Numbered from the stretch's first letter, positions 48,957 through 59,381 are shown. The stretch: DNA of 64,000 bases from an uncultured Candidatus Saccharibacteria bacterium (GCA_964430945.1 CAYSHH010000002.1:2037-66036); one strand, 5' to 3'. Notes: generated by a model from the sequence alone, not told the origin. Translations and numbers: made by a program.

Positions 48957-49388
48957 ATGACAAAAACAACGAAAATACTTTTGATAGTGCTAATAATAAT
49001 TATTTTAGGAGCAATTACTTATTATACTTATAATAAATATTATAAAGCACCAGTTGCTGACGATACGCTTTTGGAAAATTCGGATGATGAATGGGTAGCA
49101 TATAATAAACGAATATTAGAGACAAGTAATACTGGAACGGTTACTGAGATTAATGGTGAAAAAATAATTATCAGTACTGAAGATGGAGACAAGGAATATA
49201 AAATTACGGGTGATACTTTATATCAAAAGTTGGGTAAGCCTGATGAAAATGGTCAGCAGCTTTTTGAGACGGCAACGGCAGGTGATTTTAAAAAAGATGA
49301 GCAGGTATGGGTGTTTTTTGATCAATTAAATCCTGAAAATGCAACAATTATTAAATTAATGAATATAGATGTTAATTATGCAGAATAA
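48957..49388 (+). CDS. Membrane-anchored OB-fold-like (DUF5666-like) protein
   Basis: aaggagg RBS, N-terminal TM helix, GTVTEI...I.I...YKITGDT...DFKKDEQVWV. Confidence 0.6.
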   Translation: MTKTTKILLIVLIIIILGAITYYTYNKYYKAPVADDTLLENSDDEWVAYNKRILETSNTGTVTEINGEKIIISTEDGDKEYKITGDTLYQKLGKPDENGQQLFETATAGDFKKDEQVWVFFDQLNPENATIIKLMNIDVNYAE

Positions 49389-51687
49389 AAAGAATATTTT
49401 CAATTTGAAAGTTAATGATAAAATTAGCTTATTGTTAGTGTGTGTTTTTGTGGTTTTACTTTGTTTATTTATGAATGCTACTAATGCGAAAGCTGTTGAT
49501 CTTACACCGGATGTGACAAATGTTGATTTGGGAACGGCCACACAAAAGGATAATTTTGATTTTAGTTCCGCATATAATTCCAATGTTAAACAAAATTATA
49601 TTGTATCTGGAAATAACGAATATGATTATTGGGTGATTGTTAATTCGACTGAGTTAGATTCGCCACAGCATAATACATATAATGTACTTAATATTAAAGC
49701 TCAATTACCAGCAAATAATAAATATTATAGAGCTGTATTACTTAATATGCCGACAATGCTAGAAGGAACATCATATAATGCTGGTATGCAGATAACCGGA
49801 GGATGGGGTAGCAATGCGACTTTTTATGGGCATATCGATATGAATAATCAGTTTATATCTCAATTGAGGTCAAGTGGTGTGGGGACTCATAAATATTGTT
49901 ATCAATGTGAAAGTCAAGATTATGGTATTCCTTCAATATGTTCCTCAAAAAAATACACATATTGTCCGTCGAGTGAACTACCAGCGGTTGGATGTAATGG
50001 GCAAAATATTATTGGTATGGATTGTCAGTTTTTAAATGAAGCAACATCGACTGTAAGTGAATTTGTTTCTGGTGGTAATAATCAAATAAAAATGCAAATT
50101 ACAGATAACGCAAGTACGGATTTGCCTGGGCCAACAACAGGTTATTATCCGTTTACGATTTTATACTTTAAACTTTATAAAAACCCAAATGGACCAACTA
50201 TCAACGCATCGGTTGACACAAATTGTCAGGTGAGTGGTGACAATAAAATAATCACACTACATTTTGATAGTATTACAAATGCGACCTATTATTCAATTTT
50301 AAGAGATGACAATAATGATAATGTATATGAAGAGGTGTCAAAAAGAACAGCCGGATCAGCTGATTTTTTGGCTGATTATGTAGATAGTGGATATAATAAA
50401 AATGCAACCGTAAAATACAAGATTGCTGCTTATAATAATCAATCGTCTACAGTTAGAAGTTTGACATCTGATTCTTGTAGTACTCCTACTCCTAGCCCAA
50501 CTCCGACAATGTTGACTTGTTTGGATCCGGGTTATGATCCAGTGAAATTTGAAACTGATCCAAATCCTTGGAACTCATGGTATAAATGGTCTCATGAAGT
50601 AACAGATGATAATATTGGTCATTGTGTAAATATTAGGGAAGGTAATTTTTGGCCGGGTTATTTTTATGCATATAAAATTATAATACCTTATGGCTGGCAA
50701 GTAAAAATATTTGAAGAAAAAGATTGTGGGGGGCGATCGGCATTATTTACTAGTAATGCAGAAATACCACAAGAATATAGAACTGATGGTGTAGGTGGTT
50801 GGTGGGCATATGATTCTATATATGTTAAATGTGGTGAAATTCCTGTACCAAATAAACCGACTCTAAATGTTACATCGAAATGTAGGGGAGTGAATGATAA
50901 CTGGTGCCATCAAAAAATAGATACTTTAAAATTGAGCAATTATGGAAATGCAAATATATTTTATTTTTATGAGAGGAAGGGGGATGGTAAAACTGGTTGG
51001 ATTGGACCGATCGGACCACAACGCGGACCTTATGCTTATTCATCAGATACTCTCGAAAAAAAAGATAATATTAGTGATACAGAAGTAAGAGATTTTTGGG
51101 GAGTGGCTTGCAATACAGCAGGATGTAGTGTTCTGAGCGATGTAAAAACAAGCGAATCCTTACAATGTCCATGTAAGCCAAATATCTCAAGTTTGGTAGT
51201 TGATAAATACTGTGGAGCTGGGCCAGACTACAATGACGCTAAAAATACATTGAAATATACTATTTATGGACCAAACTGGCCAAATAGAATAGAAATATAT
51301 AGGGGCAGTACAAAGATTGCTAATTCCGCGAATTCGATTGGTGGAGAATCTGGTAAAAGTATTATCTATCAATATGAAGATAATAAGAATAGGGGGCTTG
51401 ATCCAAAGGTATCTAATATTTATTATGTCAGGGCTTGTTATACTAATAGAGTTCTTGTAAATAACGTTTTTGTATATCAGGATGAATGTGTTGATACAAA
51501 CAAAGTAACAATTTCTGCTTGTACTGAGGTAAGTACTGATGTCAAGGGTGTATTTATTGCCCAAAAAATTGAGGATAATACTGGTGGTCGGGAGGTAAAA
51601 ATTACTCAAGACTCACATGTGGTAAATAATCCACCGCCAGGGTTTAATGATTTGTTTGCACCTCTTTGGAAAGAATTAGTGCCATAA
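49378..51687 (+). CDS. Large Cys-rich secreted/surface protein, putative adhesin
   Basis: Signal peptide (AKA cleavage), FN3-like repeats, PT linker, beta/gamma-crystallin-like segment (IPYGWQVKIFEEKDCGGRS) and C-terminal PPPGF...WKELVP. Confidence 0.75.
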   Translation: MQNKKNIFNLKVNDKISLLLVCVFVVLLCLFMNATNAKAVDLTPDVTNVDLGTATQKDNFDFSSAYNSNVKQNYIVSGNNEYDYWVIVNSTELDSPQHNTYNVLNIKAQLPANNKYYRAVLLNMPTMLEGTSYNAGMQITGGWGSNATFYGHIDMNNQFISQLRSSGVGTHKYCYQCESQDYGIPSICSSKKYTYCPSSELPAVGCNGQNIIGMDCQFLNEATSTVSEFVSGGNNQIKMQITDNASTDLPGPTTGYYPFTILYFKLYKNPNGPTINASVDTNCQVSGDNKIITLHFDSITNATYYSILRDDNNDNVYEEVSKRTAGSADFLADYVDSGYNKNATVKYKIAAYNNQSSTVRSLTSDSCSTPTPSPTPTMLTCLDPGYDPVKFETDPNPWNSWYKWSHEVTDDNIGHCVNIREGNFWPGYFYAYKIIIPYGWQVKIFEEKDCGGRSALFTSNAEIPQEYRTDGVGGWWAYDSIYVKCGEIPVPNKPTLNVTSKCRGVNDNWCHQKIDTLKLSNYGNANIFYFYERKGDGKTGWIGPIGPQRGPYAYSSDTLEKKDNISDTEVRDFWGVACNTAGCSVLSDVKTSESLQCPCKPNISSLVVDKYCGAGPDYNDAKNTLKYTIYGPNWPNRIEIYRGSTKIANSANSIGGESGKSIIYQYEDNKNRGLDPKVSNIYYVRACYTNRVLVNNVFVYQDECVDTNKVTISACTEVSTDVKGVFIAQKIEDNTGGREVKITQDSHVVNNPPPGFNDLFAPLWKELVP

Positions 51688-51865
51688 AGAAAGACTTTAA
51701 AATGAGAATTGAATAATTATTGTTATTATGATTGTTAAAGCTGGTTTATTTTTTCATCACAATAAATATAACGATACCAGTAGTGAACAGATGATAAATA
51801 TCTAAGACAGAAAAGCGAAATAATGATATAATATTTTTAAGTTATAAAATGCCTGAAGGAGGGCA

Positions 51866-52615
51866 ATGCTTGATATAAATCCAATAAAAAAAGAAGAAAG
51901 AATTGTTGGCTCACAAGACGGTGTGGATAATTCTCAAAAAATAGAAAATCATCAAAGCGTTACTGCCACACAAGATCAGTCCCAAAAACCACTAAAAACT
52001 TTGAATTCTGATTTTCTAAGTAGCGCCAAATCTGCTCCAGAGCCAGAATTTTTGGAATCAAGGGATACTTCTAGATCAGTATTTTATTTTGCGCTTGTGG
52101 CTACTTTTTTAGTAATTGGTATGGCTGGATATCTTTATTTTGCAAAAAAAACAAAGGCTGAAGAATTAAAGACCAAAGAAAAAATACAAGCTGATATTGA
52201 AGAAAAAATTGCGTCTCCAGATCTTGCTGATATCGACATATTAGCTTCAAAATATAGCTTGGGACTAGACGAAATTTCTAAACTTATTAGTAAACCTATA
52301 ACCTACTCGTTATTATTTGAAGAAATGCAGAAAATTATTCCGACAGATGTGGTTCTAACATCTTTTGATGTAAACGAAAAACAAGATTATAAGATTTCTG
52401 CTAAAGGGCCAGATTTGGCGTCGACTTCTAAATTTGTAAAATCACTGGAAAATTCTGATTATTTTGACACAGTGTTTCTATCCAATGATCAACTTTCCAC
52501 AGTCAAGGACGAAACTAATTTTACCGTATCTGTACAAGGTGTTTTGAATGAAAAAAAATTAATTCCTAAGATAGAAACTGCTGCTACAAATAGTCAAGCT
52601 AAGGAGGGGGAATGA
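51866..52615 (+). CDS. pilN: Type IV pilus assembly protein PilN
   Basis: TM helix, coiled coil, IPTDVVLTSF and FVKSLENSDYF. Confidence 0.8.
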   Translation: MLDINPIKKEERIVGSQDGVDNSQKIENHQSVTATQDQSQKPLKTLNSDFLSSAKSAPEPEFLESRDTSRSVFYFALVATFLVIGMAGYLYFAKKTKAEELKTKEKIQADIEEKIASPDLADIDILASKYSLGLDEISKLISKPITYSLLFEEMQKIIPTDVVLTSFDVNEKQDYKISAKGPDLASTSKFVKSLENSDYFDTVFLSNDQLSTVKDETNFTVSVQGVLNEKKLIPKIETAATNSQAKEGE

Positions 52616-53208
52616 GAGAAGTAAAAGATAAAAACAACTGGGCCTTATTTTCTTTTTTTCTTGTGATCGCGATGATTGCAGTCGGATATTTTGTAATAAA
52701 TCCATATGTTAATGATGTAAAATCATTGAACACTAAAATTGATGCAAAAGGTACTGAAAATCAAGAGCTGGAAGCCAAGCTTGCTTCATTGCAAAAATTA
52801 AAAAAAGAATTTGAAGAAAATGCAGATACTACTAAAATGCTTGATTTGGCATTGCCAGACAATGATATGTTGGCAGAAGTCATAGAATCTATAAGAGCCA
52901 TTGGCGAGGACTCGGTTGTTAAAATAACCTCTATCAAACAAAATCAAACTAAGAATAGTGAAAGTACCGATATCGTGATTTCGTTTGAAAGTAGTTATTC
53001 AAGCTTTAAAATGTTTTTAGATGATGTTGAAAGTAATGTTAGGTTCGTTACTCCAACAAAGATTACTTTGAACGAAACTAAAAATTCCGAAGGTGGCGAG
53101 AGTTTTCTCAAAGGATCGATTAACCTAAATTTCTTTAAAGTATCTTCCAAAAAAACTTCTGGTAATACACAGATGGAAGATATTAATACCAAAGAGGGGC
53201 AATTATGA
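52612..53208 (+). CDS. pilO: Type IV pilus assembly protein PilO
   Basis: TM helix, coiled coil, LDLALP and SY..FKMFL..VE...R. Confidence 0.8.
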   Translation: MREVKDKNNWALFSFFLVIAMIAVGYFVINPYVNDVKSLNTKIDAKGTENQELEAKLASLQKLKKEFEENADTTKMLDLALPDNDMLAEVIESIRAIGEDSVVKITSIKQNQTKNSESTDIVISFESSYSSFKMFLDDVESNVRFVTPTKITLNETKNSEGGESFLKGSINLNFFKVSSKKTSGNTQMEDINTKEGQL

Positions 53209-53453
53209 AGAAACAATCAATAATCATAGGTGGTGTAATTGTTTTGCTTGTTGTTGGAGGTGTGCTTCTTTGGTGGTTTAGTCAGACAAAACCGACAAGT
53301 GGCGAGATTGAATCTTCTACTAAATCTATAAAAAAAGTTGATGCGAATATTATGAATAATAAAACTACCAAAGAGATAGAAAATAGGAAAATCATTGGCA
53401 ATATTCCTGTTGAGGTAAATAGTAATTATGATCATACGAACCTGTTTGAATAA
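53205..53453 (+). CDS. Small membrane protein after pilO (PilP position)
   Basis: Translationally coupled, N-terminal TM helix, ends in NLFE. Confidence 0.65.
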   Translation: MKKQSIIIGGVIVLLVVGGVLLWWFSQTKPTSGEIESSTKSIKKVDANIMNNKTTKEIENRKIIGNIPVEVNSNYDHTNLFE

Positions 53454-53492
53454 GAATTGATATACAAATATATTAAATAGTTATTTTTAGCT

Positions 53493-55823
53493 ATGGAAAA
53501 TAATGTTATTGATAAAGAGGTAATAGAGGCCAAAAAAAATGCAGATCATTTTGGTCTTAAATATATTTCATTAAGAGGAATGAATATTCCTTTTGATGTA
53601 CTTTCTATTATTCCTGAAGACATTGCTCGTAAAAACCAAGTTATTGTTTATAAAAAAGAGGGGAAGCATATTGATATTGCTATTGCTGATCCAAAGAAGT
53701 TGCAACAAAGAGCACCCGAAATATTGTCAGATCTCAAGAAAAAACAGGGTTATAATTTTAGTATTTTCGTAACTACTTCTTCAGATTTTAATTACGCTCT
53801 ATTGGGATACAAACAAAAAAATGATCGAAGTAGATCCTCAAATTCAGATAAAAAAAAGATAAATAAAAACGATGATATGTCTAACGAAATAGTTGATCTC
53901 AAAAACAGAGATATACCATATAATACCTTGATAAAATTTCCGCGTAACATTGCGGAAAAATATCGAATAATAATTTTTGAAGAAAATGACGACGGGAAAA
54001 CGGTCAATGTTGCCGTAGAAGATCCTGATAATTTACAGACACAGGAAATCCTTGATTTTATCGGATCAAGAAACAATATCAAAATTAAACAATTTAAAGC
54101 TAAATCTGAAGATATCGATCAAGTATTAAAATTATATGACAAGAAACCAGAAGTAAAAGAAGTGAAACATGAAGAAGTTGTTCACAATGCTGAAAAAAAT
54201 GTTGCAATAAGTAGTAATAATGTTTCTGACCATGTTACTGAAACAGTAGAACAACCAAAGAGACAAGAATTTAAAAAGAATGATATTAAACCTGAGATAT
54301 TTCATAAGCCAGTCGATGAGTCAATTAAAAATATATCCAATATTAAGCAAGCTACTGATTCGGTTGCCTCATCAACAATTAAACCAGTTATGAATCAGTT
54401 AAAATCAAATGATGCAGGAACGCAAAAGGATATTATTAAAGACGAACCACGCTATGATGAAAAAAGTGAAGAAGTTACTGATTCAGATATAAATTCTAGT
54501 CCGATTGGTGAAGTTAAATCAATTTCTGATAAAGATTCTATGACTATTACTGCATCTAGCGATGAAGAACAAAATTTGGACAAGTTGTTGCCAAATGGTG
54601 TAAAAGATGTTGGTGAGCTTGCACAGATTGTCAAATCAGGATCAATTCCCAGAATTGTGGCAGCAATAATTTATCTTGCTACCAAACTTGAAGCAAGTGA
54701 TGTTCATTTGGAAGCTGATACGAAAAATTTTTATCTTAGATATCGAATGGACGGAATATTGAAAGAAGTTTTAAAAATGCCCTTAAGTTTACAGGCACCG
54801 ATTGTTTCTCGTATTAAGATTTTAACTAAGTTAAAGATTGATGAACAAAGAATCCCCCAAGACGGACGTTTTGATGTTATTGTGTTAAATAAAGAAATAG
54901 ATCTTCGTGTGTCGACGTTGCCTACAATACATGGTGAAAAAATTGTAATGAGACTTTTAGACAAAACTACCGGCGTGATCGATCTTGAAAAGCTAGGACT
55001 TATTGGTGTCAATCTTAAACGCGTGCAAACAGCAATAGATAAACCATATGGAATAATTTTTGTTACTGGGCCGACTGGATCTGGTAAGACTACAACACTA
55101 TATGCGATATTAAATAAATTAAATACAGCAGAGGTAAATATTGTTACACTCGAAGATCCTGTTGAATATGAGCTTCCAGGTATCAATCAATGTCAGATAA
55201 AACCTAAAATTGGGTTTGGATTTGCAGATGGTTTAAGGAGTATTCTAAGACAAGATCCTAATATTATCATGGTGGGTGAAGTTAGAGATAGCGAAACAGC
55301 AAATATGGCGACACACGCTGCATTGACTGGGCATTTAGTATTGTCTACTCTCCATACTAATGATTCTTGTGGTGCACTTCCTAGACTTATCGATATGGGT
55401 GTTGAGCCTTATTTAATTACTTCTTCAATTAATGCAATAGTAGCTCAAAGATTGGTAAGAAAACTTTGCGATAAATGTAAAGAAGAAGCGCAAATACCGG
55501 ATAGACTGAGAAAACAAATTCAGGATGAATTATCAAAAAGTTATGATCCAGAAATCAAAAAAATAGCTACTAGCGAAATGAAATTTTATAAACCGAAGGG
55601 GTGTTCTGCATGTAAGGATGGTTACAAGGGCAGGATTGGGCTTTTTGAAGTTTTGTCTATGACGGATCGCATCGAACAGTTAGCAGTAAATCGTGCTACG
55701 ACATCAATTATCAAACGAGCTGCTTTAAATCAGGGTTTGGTTACTATGAGAGAGGACGGTTTCGCAAAAGCAGTCCAAGGTTTTACAAGCATTGATGAAA
55801 TTATTAGGGTGACGAGCAAATAG
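53493..55823 (+). CDS. pilB: Pilus assembly ATPase PilB/GspE
   Basis: ASDVHLE, PQDGRF, GPTGSGKTTTLY, EDPVEY, LRQDPNIIMVGEVRD, TGHLVLSTLHTN and a tetracysteine motif. Confidence 0.95.
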   Translation: MENNVIDKEVIEAKKNADHFGLKYISLRGMNIPFDVLSIIPEDIARKNQVIVYKKEGKHIDIAIADPKKLQQRAPEILSDLKKKQGYNFSIFVTTSSDFNYALLGYKQKNDRSRSSNSDKKKINKNDDMSNEIVDLKNRDIPYNTLIKFPRNIAEKYRIIIFEENDDGKTVNVAVEDPDNLQTQEILDFIGSRNNIKIKQFKAKSEDIDQVLKLYDKKPEVKEVKHEEVVHNAEKNVAISSNNVSDHVTETVEQPKRQEFKKNDIKPEIFHKPVDESIKNISNIKQATDSVASSTIKPVMNQLKSNDAGTQKDIIKDEPRYDEKSEEVTDSDINSSPIGEVKSISDKDSMTITASSDEEQNLDKLLPNGVKDVGELAQIVKSGSIPRIVAAIIYLATKLEASDVHLEADTKNFYLRYRMDGILKEVLKMPLSLQAPIVSRIKILTKLKIDEQRIPQDGRFDVIVLNKEIDLRVSTLPTIHGEKIVMRLLDKTTGVIDLEKLGLIGVNLKRVQTAIDKPYGIIFVTGPTGSGKTTTLYAILNKLNTAEVNIVTLEDPVEYELPGINQCQIKPKIGFGFADGLRSILRQDPNIIMVGEVRDSETANMATHAALTGHLVLSTLHTNDSCGALPRLIDMGVEPYLITSSINAIVAQRLVRKLCDKCKEEAQIPDRLRKQIQDELSKSYDPEIKKIATSEMKFYKPKGCSACKDGYKGRIGLFEVLSMTDRIEQLAVNRATTSIIKRAALNQGLVTMREDGFAKAVQGFTSIDEIIRVTSK

Positions 55824-55890
55824 ACGATTCGGCTGGTTAGAAAATAGTTTGTTTATGTTTATTTTATTATAGGATTGTGAAAGGAATAAT

Positions 55891-56958
55891 ATGGAAGAAG
55901 GATCACAAACAGGTGTAAAAAAATTTTTAAACTATGCAATAGGTAAGGGGGCTAGCGATATTCATATTAAAACAAATGTTCCTCCAATAGTTAGGATTGA
56001 TGGTAGATTGAGACCGATTGAAAATGAGAAACCATTGAGTCGCGAAGAATGCGAACTATATATAAAAAATCTATTGAATTCAGAACAATATAAAAAGCTT
56101 CAAGAAAAAAAAGAATTGGATTTTTCATTTAGTTTTGACAATACACGCTTTAGAACGAATGTATATTTTGAGAGAAGTCGTATGAATGCTTCTTTAAGAT
56201 TGATACCCGCAGAAATTAGAACTTTCAATCAACTCGGGTTACCTCCAATATTGGAAAAATTTACACTTTCTGGGCAAGGGTTGGTGATTGTTACTGGTCC
56301 GACTGGTCATGGTAAATCTACGACTATGGCAGCAATGATTGATTATATTAATACAAATAGAAGTACACATATAATTACTATTGAAGATCCCATAGAATAT
56401 ACTTTTAAAAACAAAAAGGGGATTGTCAGCCAGCGTGAAATTGGCAACGATACGCATTCTTTTTCGGATGCCTTAAAATCTAGTTTTAGAGAAGATCCAG
56501 ATGTAATTATGGTTGGAGAAATGAGAGATTTGGAAACTGTCGATTCGGCATTAACATTGGCAGAAACTGGACATTTGGTTTTAACAACGCTTCATACAAA
56601 TTCGGCTAGCCAAACGGCCGATAGAATAATTGACGTATTTCCTCCACACCAACAGATGCAAATCAGATCACAGCTGGCATCTGTAATTGTTGGTGTAGTT
56701 TCTCAGCGACTTATTCCTAGAGTTGACGGTGGTAGAGTAGTGGCATGTGAGATAATGGTAGCAAATAATGCAGTAAAAAGTATCATCAGAGATGGTAAAA
56801 CTCATCAACTCGATAATACTATTCAGACAAGTGCTTCGGAAGGAATGATAAGTCTTGATAAAGTGTTGGCGGAATATGTAAATAAAGGCGATATCACGCT
56901 TGATGACGCATTAACTTGGGCGATGGATCAAAGAGCATTTAAGATGATGGTCTACTAA
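55891..56958 (+). CDS. pilT: Retraction ATPase PilT
   Basis: ASDIH, GPTGHGKSTT, EDPIE, REDPDVIMVGEMRD and ETGHLVLTTLHT. Confidence 0.95.
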   Translation: MEEGSQTGVKKFLNYAIGKGASDIHIKTNVPPIVRIDGRLRPIENEKPLSREECELYIKNLLNSEQYKKLQEKKELDFSFSFDNTRFRTNVYFERSRMNASLRLIPAEIRTFNQLGLPPILEKFTLSGQGLVIVTGPTGHGKSTTMAAMIDYINTNRSTHIITIEDPIEYTFKNKKGIVSQREIGNDTHSFSDALKSSFREDPDVIMVGEMRDLETVDSALTLAETGHLVLTTLHTNSASQTADRIIDVFPPHQQMQIRSQLASVIVGVVSQRLIPRVDGGRVVACEIMVANNAVKSIIRDGKTHQLDNTIQTSASEGMISLDKVLAEYVNKGDITLDDALTWAMDQRAFKMMVY

Positions 56959-56981
56959 AATATATTATTTTATCAATATTT

Positions 56982-58040
56982 ATGAAGGACATAGAACTTC
57001 CATTTTTATCTAGGGTTTCGGTTAAAGACAAGGCTTTTTTAGCGCGTCAATTGGCGACTATGCTTGATAGTGGACTTTCTATTGATAAAGCATTGAGCGT
57101 GTTTATAAACCAAACTAAGAATACAAAGCTTAAGAAGGTACTTACGCTAATTCTTGGAGATGTTGAAGGGGGTCTTTCTTTTTCTGATGCCATGAAAAAA
57201 CATCAAGATATTTTTGATCAGGTTTATATTAGCATCGTCGTATCTGGTGAAGCAGTTGGAAAATTAGCCGAAGTATTGAGAAAATTAGCAATAAATCTTG
57301 AGAAACAAGATAAATTTGCCGGAATGATAAAAAGTGCTCTTTATTATCCTGGATTTGTATTGATTGTACTTGTTATTATTGTTTACATTATGATTACGCA
57401 AGTTATTCCACCACTTAAAGAAATATTTGACGAATATGGTAGTCAGCTTCCTTGGACTACAAGAAATCTTATGGCGATAAGTGGTTTTATGGCTGAATAT
57501 TGGTGGCTATTCATAATTGGAATGATACTTTTAGTAGTGGTAGTATATTTCTATCTTAAAACTGATGGCGGAAAATATACTTTGGCAAAAATTGAAATTA
57601 AAATGCCGCTTGATATCGGGAAAGATGTTTATATGACTCGTTTTGCTCAAACACTTTCTATGCTTTTGGTTTCTGGTACACCAATTATCAAAGCGCTTGA
57701 TATTACAGCCGAGGTGATGAATAATATTATATATGAGGCAATTATAAAAAATGCTGCTTCTCAGATGGAGCGTGGTATCCCACTTTCGATACCATTGGAG
57801 AAACAAGTAGAGTTCAGTCCACTTGTACCACAAATGATAAGAGTAGGTGAAGAAACTGGAAAATTAGATCAAGTATTAAATAATTTAAGTAAATATTTTG
57901 AAGACGAGGCCAATACAAAGCTTAAAAATATTAATAGTCTGATTGAGCCCGCGCTTATTGTGGTTATAGGACTAGGGGTTGCATTTATCGTATTTGCAAT
58001 TATTATGCCTATTTATCAATTAGTGCAAATACAGGGTTAG
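56982..58040 (+). CDS. pilC: Pilus platform protein PilC (T2SS F family)
   Basis: RQLATMLDSG, GE..G.L, ALYYP, GEETGKL and IEP. Confidence 0.95.
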   Translation: MKDIELPFLSRVSVKDKAFLARQLATMLDSGLSIDKALSVFINQTKNTKLKKVLTLILGDVEGGLSFSDAMKKHQDIFDQVYISIVVSGEAVGKLAEVLRKLAINLEKQDKFAGMIKSALYYPGFVLIVLVIIVYIMITQVIPPLKEIFDEYGSQLPWTTRNLMAISGFMAEYWWLFIIGMILLVVVVYFYLKTDGGKYTLAKIEIKMPLDIGKDVYMTRFAQTLSMLLVSGTPIIKALDITAEVMNNIIYEAIIKNAASQMERGIPLSIPLEKQVEFSPLVPQMIRVGEETGKLDQVLNNLSKYFEDEANTKLKNINSLIEPALIVVIGLGVAFIVFAIIMPIYQLVQIQG

Positions 58041-58083
58041 TAGAGATGATGAATTTCCGCGGTCGATCGGAAAAATAAAAATA

Positions 58084-58105
58084 TAAAACTGAGGCCTCAG
58101 TTTTA
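58084..58105. repeat. Perfect 22-bp palindrome upstream of the major pilin
   Basis: taaaactgagg|cctcagtttta. Confidence 0.8.
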
Positions 58106-58142
58106 AACAAGTAAATTTTAAAAATTTTACTTAGGAGGTTAA

Positions 58143-58535
58143 ATGAACAAAAAAGGTTTTACGCTTATCGAGCTTTTGGTGGTCATTGCTATTATTGGTA
58201 TTTTGGCCGTGATTGTTTTAGCAGCATTAAATCAAGCTAGAAAGTCAGCTAGGGATGCAAAATTAAAAGAAGGTGTAAACAATGTAATGACTGCTATTGA
58301 GACCTATATCGCTGTTGAAGGGGATTATCCAACAGTCGATACTGATCTTACTGATGGCGGAACTTATTTAACGATTATGCCAGAAGGTGTCTCGGCAGAG
58401 TATGACACTAATACATATTGTGTATATTCTAAAAACTTTGAAACGAATACATCTAAAAGATTTTACGCACAAAATGGTGTAGCTAATGAATGTGGTGGTG
58501 ATGGAGATGTCGCTTGTCCATGTCCTTCATCCTAG
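58143..58535 (+). CDS. Type IV pilin, probable major pilin
   Basis: KKG|[17 protein letters not shown] prepilin motif, perfect aggaggt RBS, four C-terminal Cys and its own terminator. Confidence 0.92.
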   Translation: MNKKGFTLIELLVVIAIIGILAVIVLAALNQARKSARDAKLKEGVNNVMTAIETYIAVEGDYPTVDTDLTDGGTYLTIMPEGVSAEYDTNTYCVYSKNFETNTSKRFYAQNGVANECGGDGDVACPCPSS

Positions 58536-58568
58536 TATCGAATATTTAAAGCGATAGTTTTGATATTA

Positions 58569-58596
58569 GATGAGAAGAAATATTTTTCTTCTCATC
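58569..58596. terminator. 12-bp hairpin after the pilin (terminator or 3' stabiliser)
   Basis: gatgagaagaaa-tatt-tttcttctcatc. Confidence 0.65.
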
Positions 58597-58619
58597 AATA
58601 ATAAAATTATTTTAACGAT

Positions 58620-59381
58620 ATGTTTAATGAAATAGTGATATTTATTATTGGATTGATATGTGGATCATTTTTAAATAGTGTAATTTATAGAATGCGTGAA
58701 CTTAGTAGTATATTTTCGGAAAGATCGCATTGTCCACATTGCAAGGAAGAAATTAAATGGTATGATTTAGTTCCTCTTTTTTCTTTTGTTGCATTGGGAG
58801 GAAAATGTCGTAAATGTTCTAGGAAAATATCATGGCAATATCCAGTTGTTGAATTGGGCACTGCATTTTTATTTTTAGTACTATATCTCAATTTTGGATT
58901 AACCACTTATTCAATAGGGATTATGGCTGTATCACTTTTTCTCGTTGTAGTGTTCGTATACGATCTTTATCATGAAATTATACCTGATCTAATGATAATC
59001 CCATCGATTGTGATATGGGCGATGATGTGGCTGGGAATGATTGTGTTTAAATACAGTTTAGGGGCAAGCTTTGTGGATCTTTTATATGGAGCATTAGTAG
59101 GAGGTGGATTTATTGGTTTTTTAGTGCTTGTTACCAAGGGCAAAGGTATGGGTGTAGGTGATATTAAATTGGTATTTCTTCTTGGATTTATTCTTGGGTG
59201 GCCAAATATTCTAGTTGGACTTATATGTGCATTTATCTTAGGTGCAATTGTAGGAACTTTACTCGTAATAAGTAGTGTTAAAAAAATGAAATCAAGTATA
59301 CCATTTGGTCCTTTTTTAATCGCAGGATTCTATTTCGCATTATTCTATGGTTCAAGAGTAATTGATTGGTATTTAAAATAA
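58620..59381 (+). CDS. pilD: Prepilin peptidase
   Basis: GSFLN..IYR, RSHCPHC, GKCRKC, YDL, MGVGDIKL and IPFGPFL. Confidence 0.96.
   Translation: MFNEIVIFIIGLICGSFLNSVIYRMRELSSIFSERSHCPHCKEEIKWYDLVPLFSFVALGGKCRKCSRKISWQYPVVELGTAFLFLVLYLNFGLTTYSIGIMAVSLFLVVVFVYDLYHEIIPDLMIIPSIVIWAMMWLGMIVFKYSLGASFVDLLYGALVGGGFIGFLVLVTKGKGMGVGDIKLVFLLGFILGWPNILVGLICAFILGAIVGTLLVISSVKKMKSSIPFGPFLIAGFYFALFYGSRVIDWYLK

Noticed and set aside
49378-51687. Diversity-generating retroelement target or shufflon in the adhesin/pilin region
   Set aside because: No reverse transcriptase, recombinase, template/variable repeat pair or repeated inversion sites were seen in the window.
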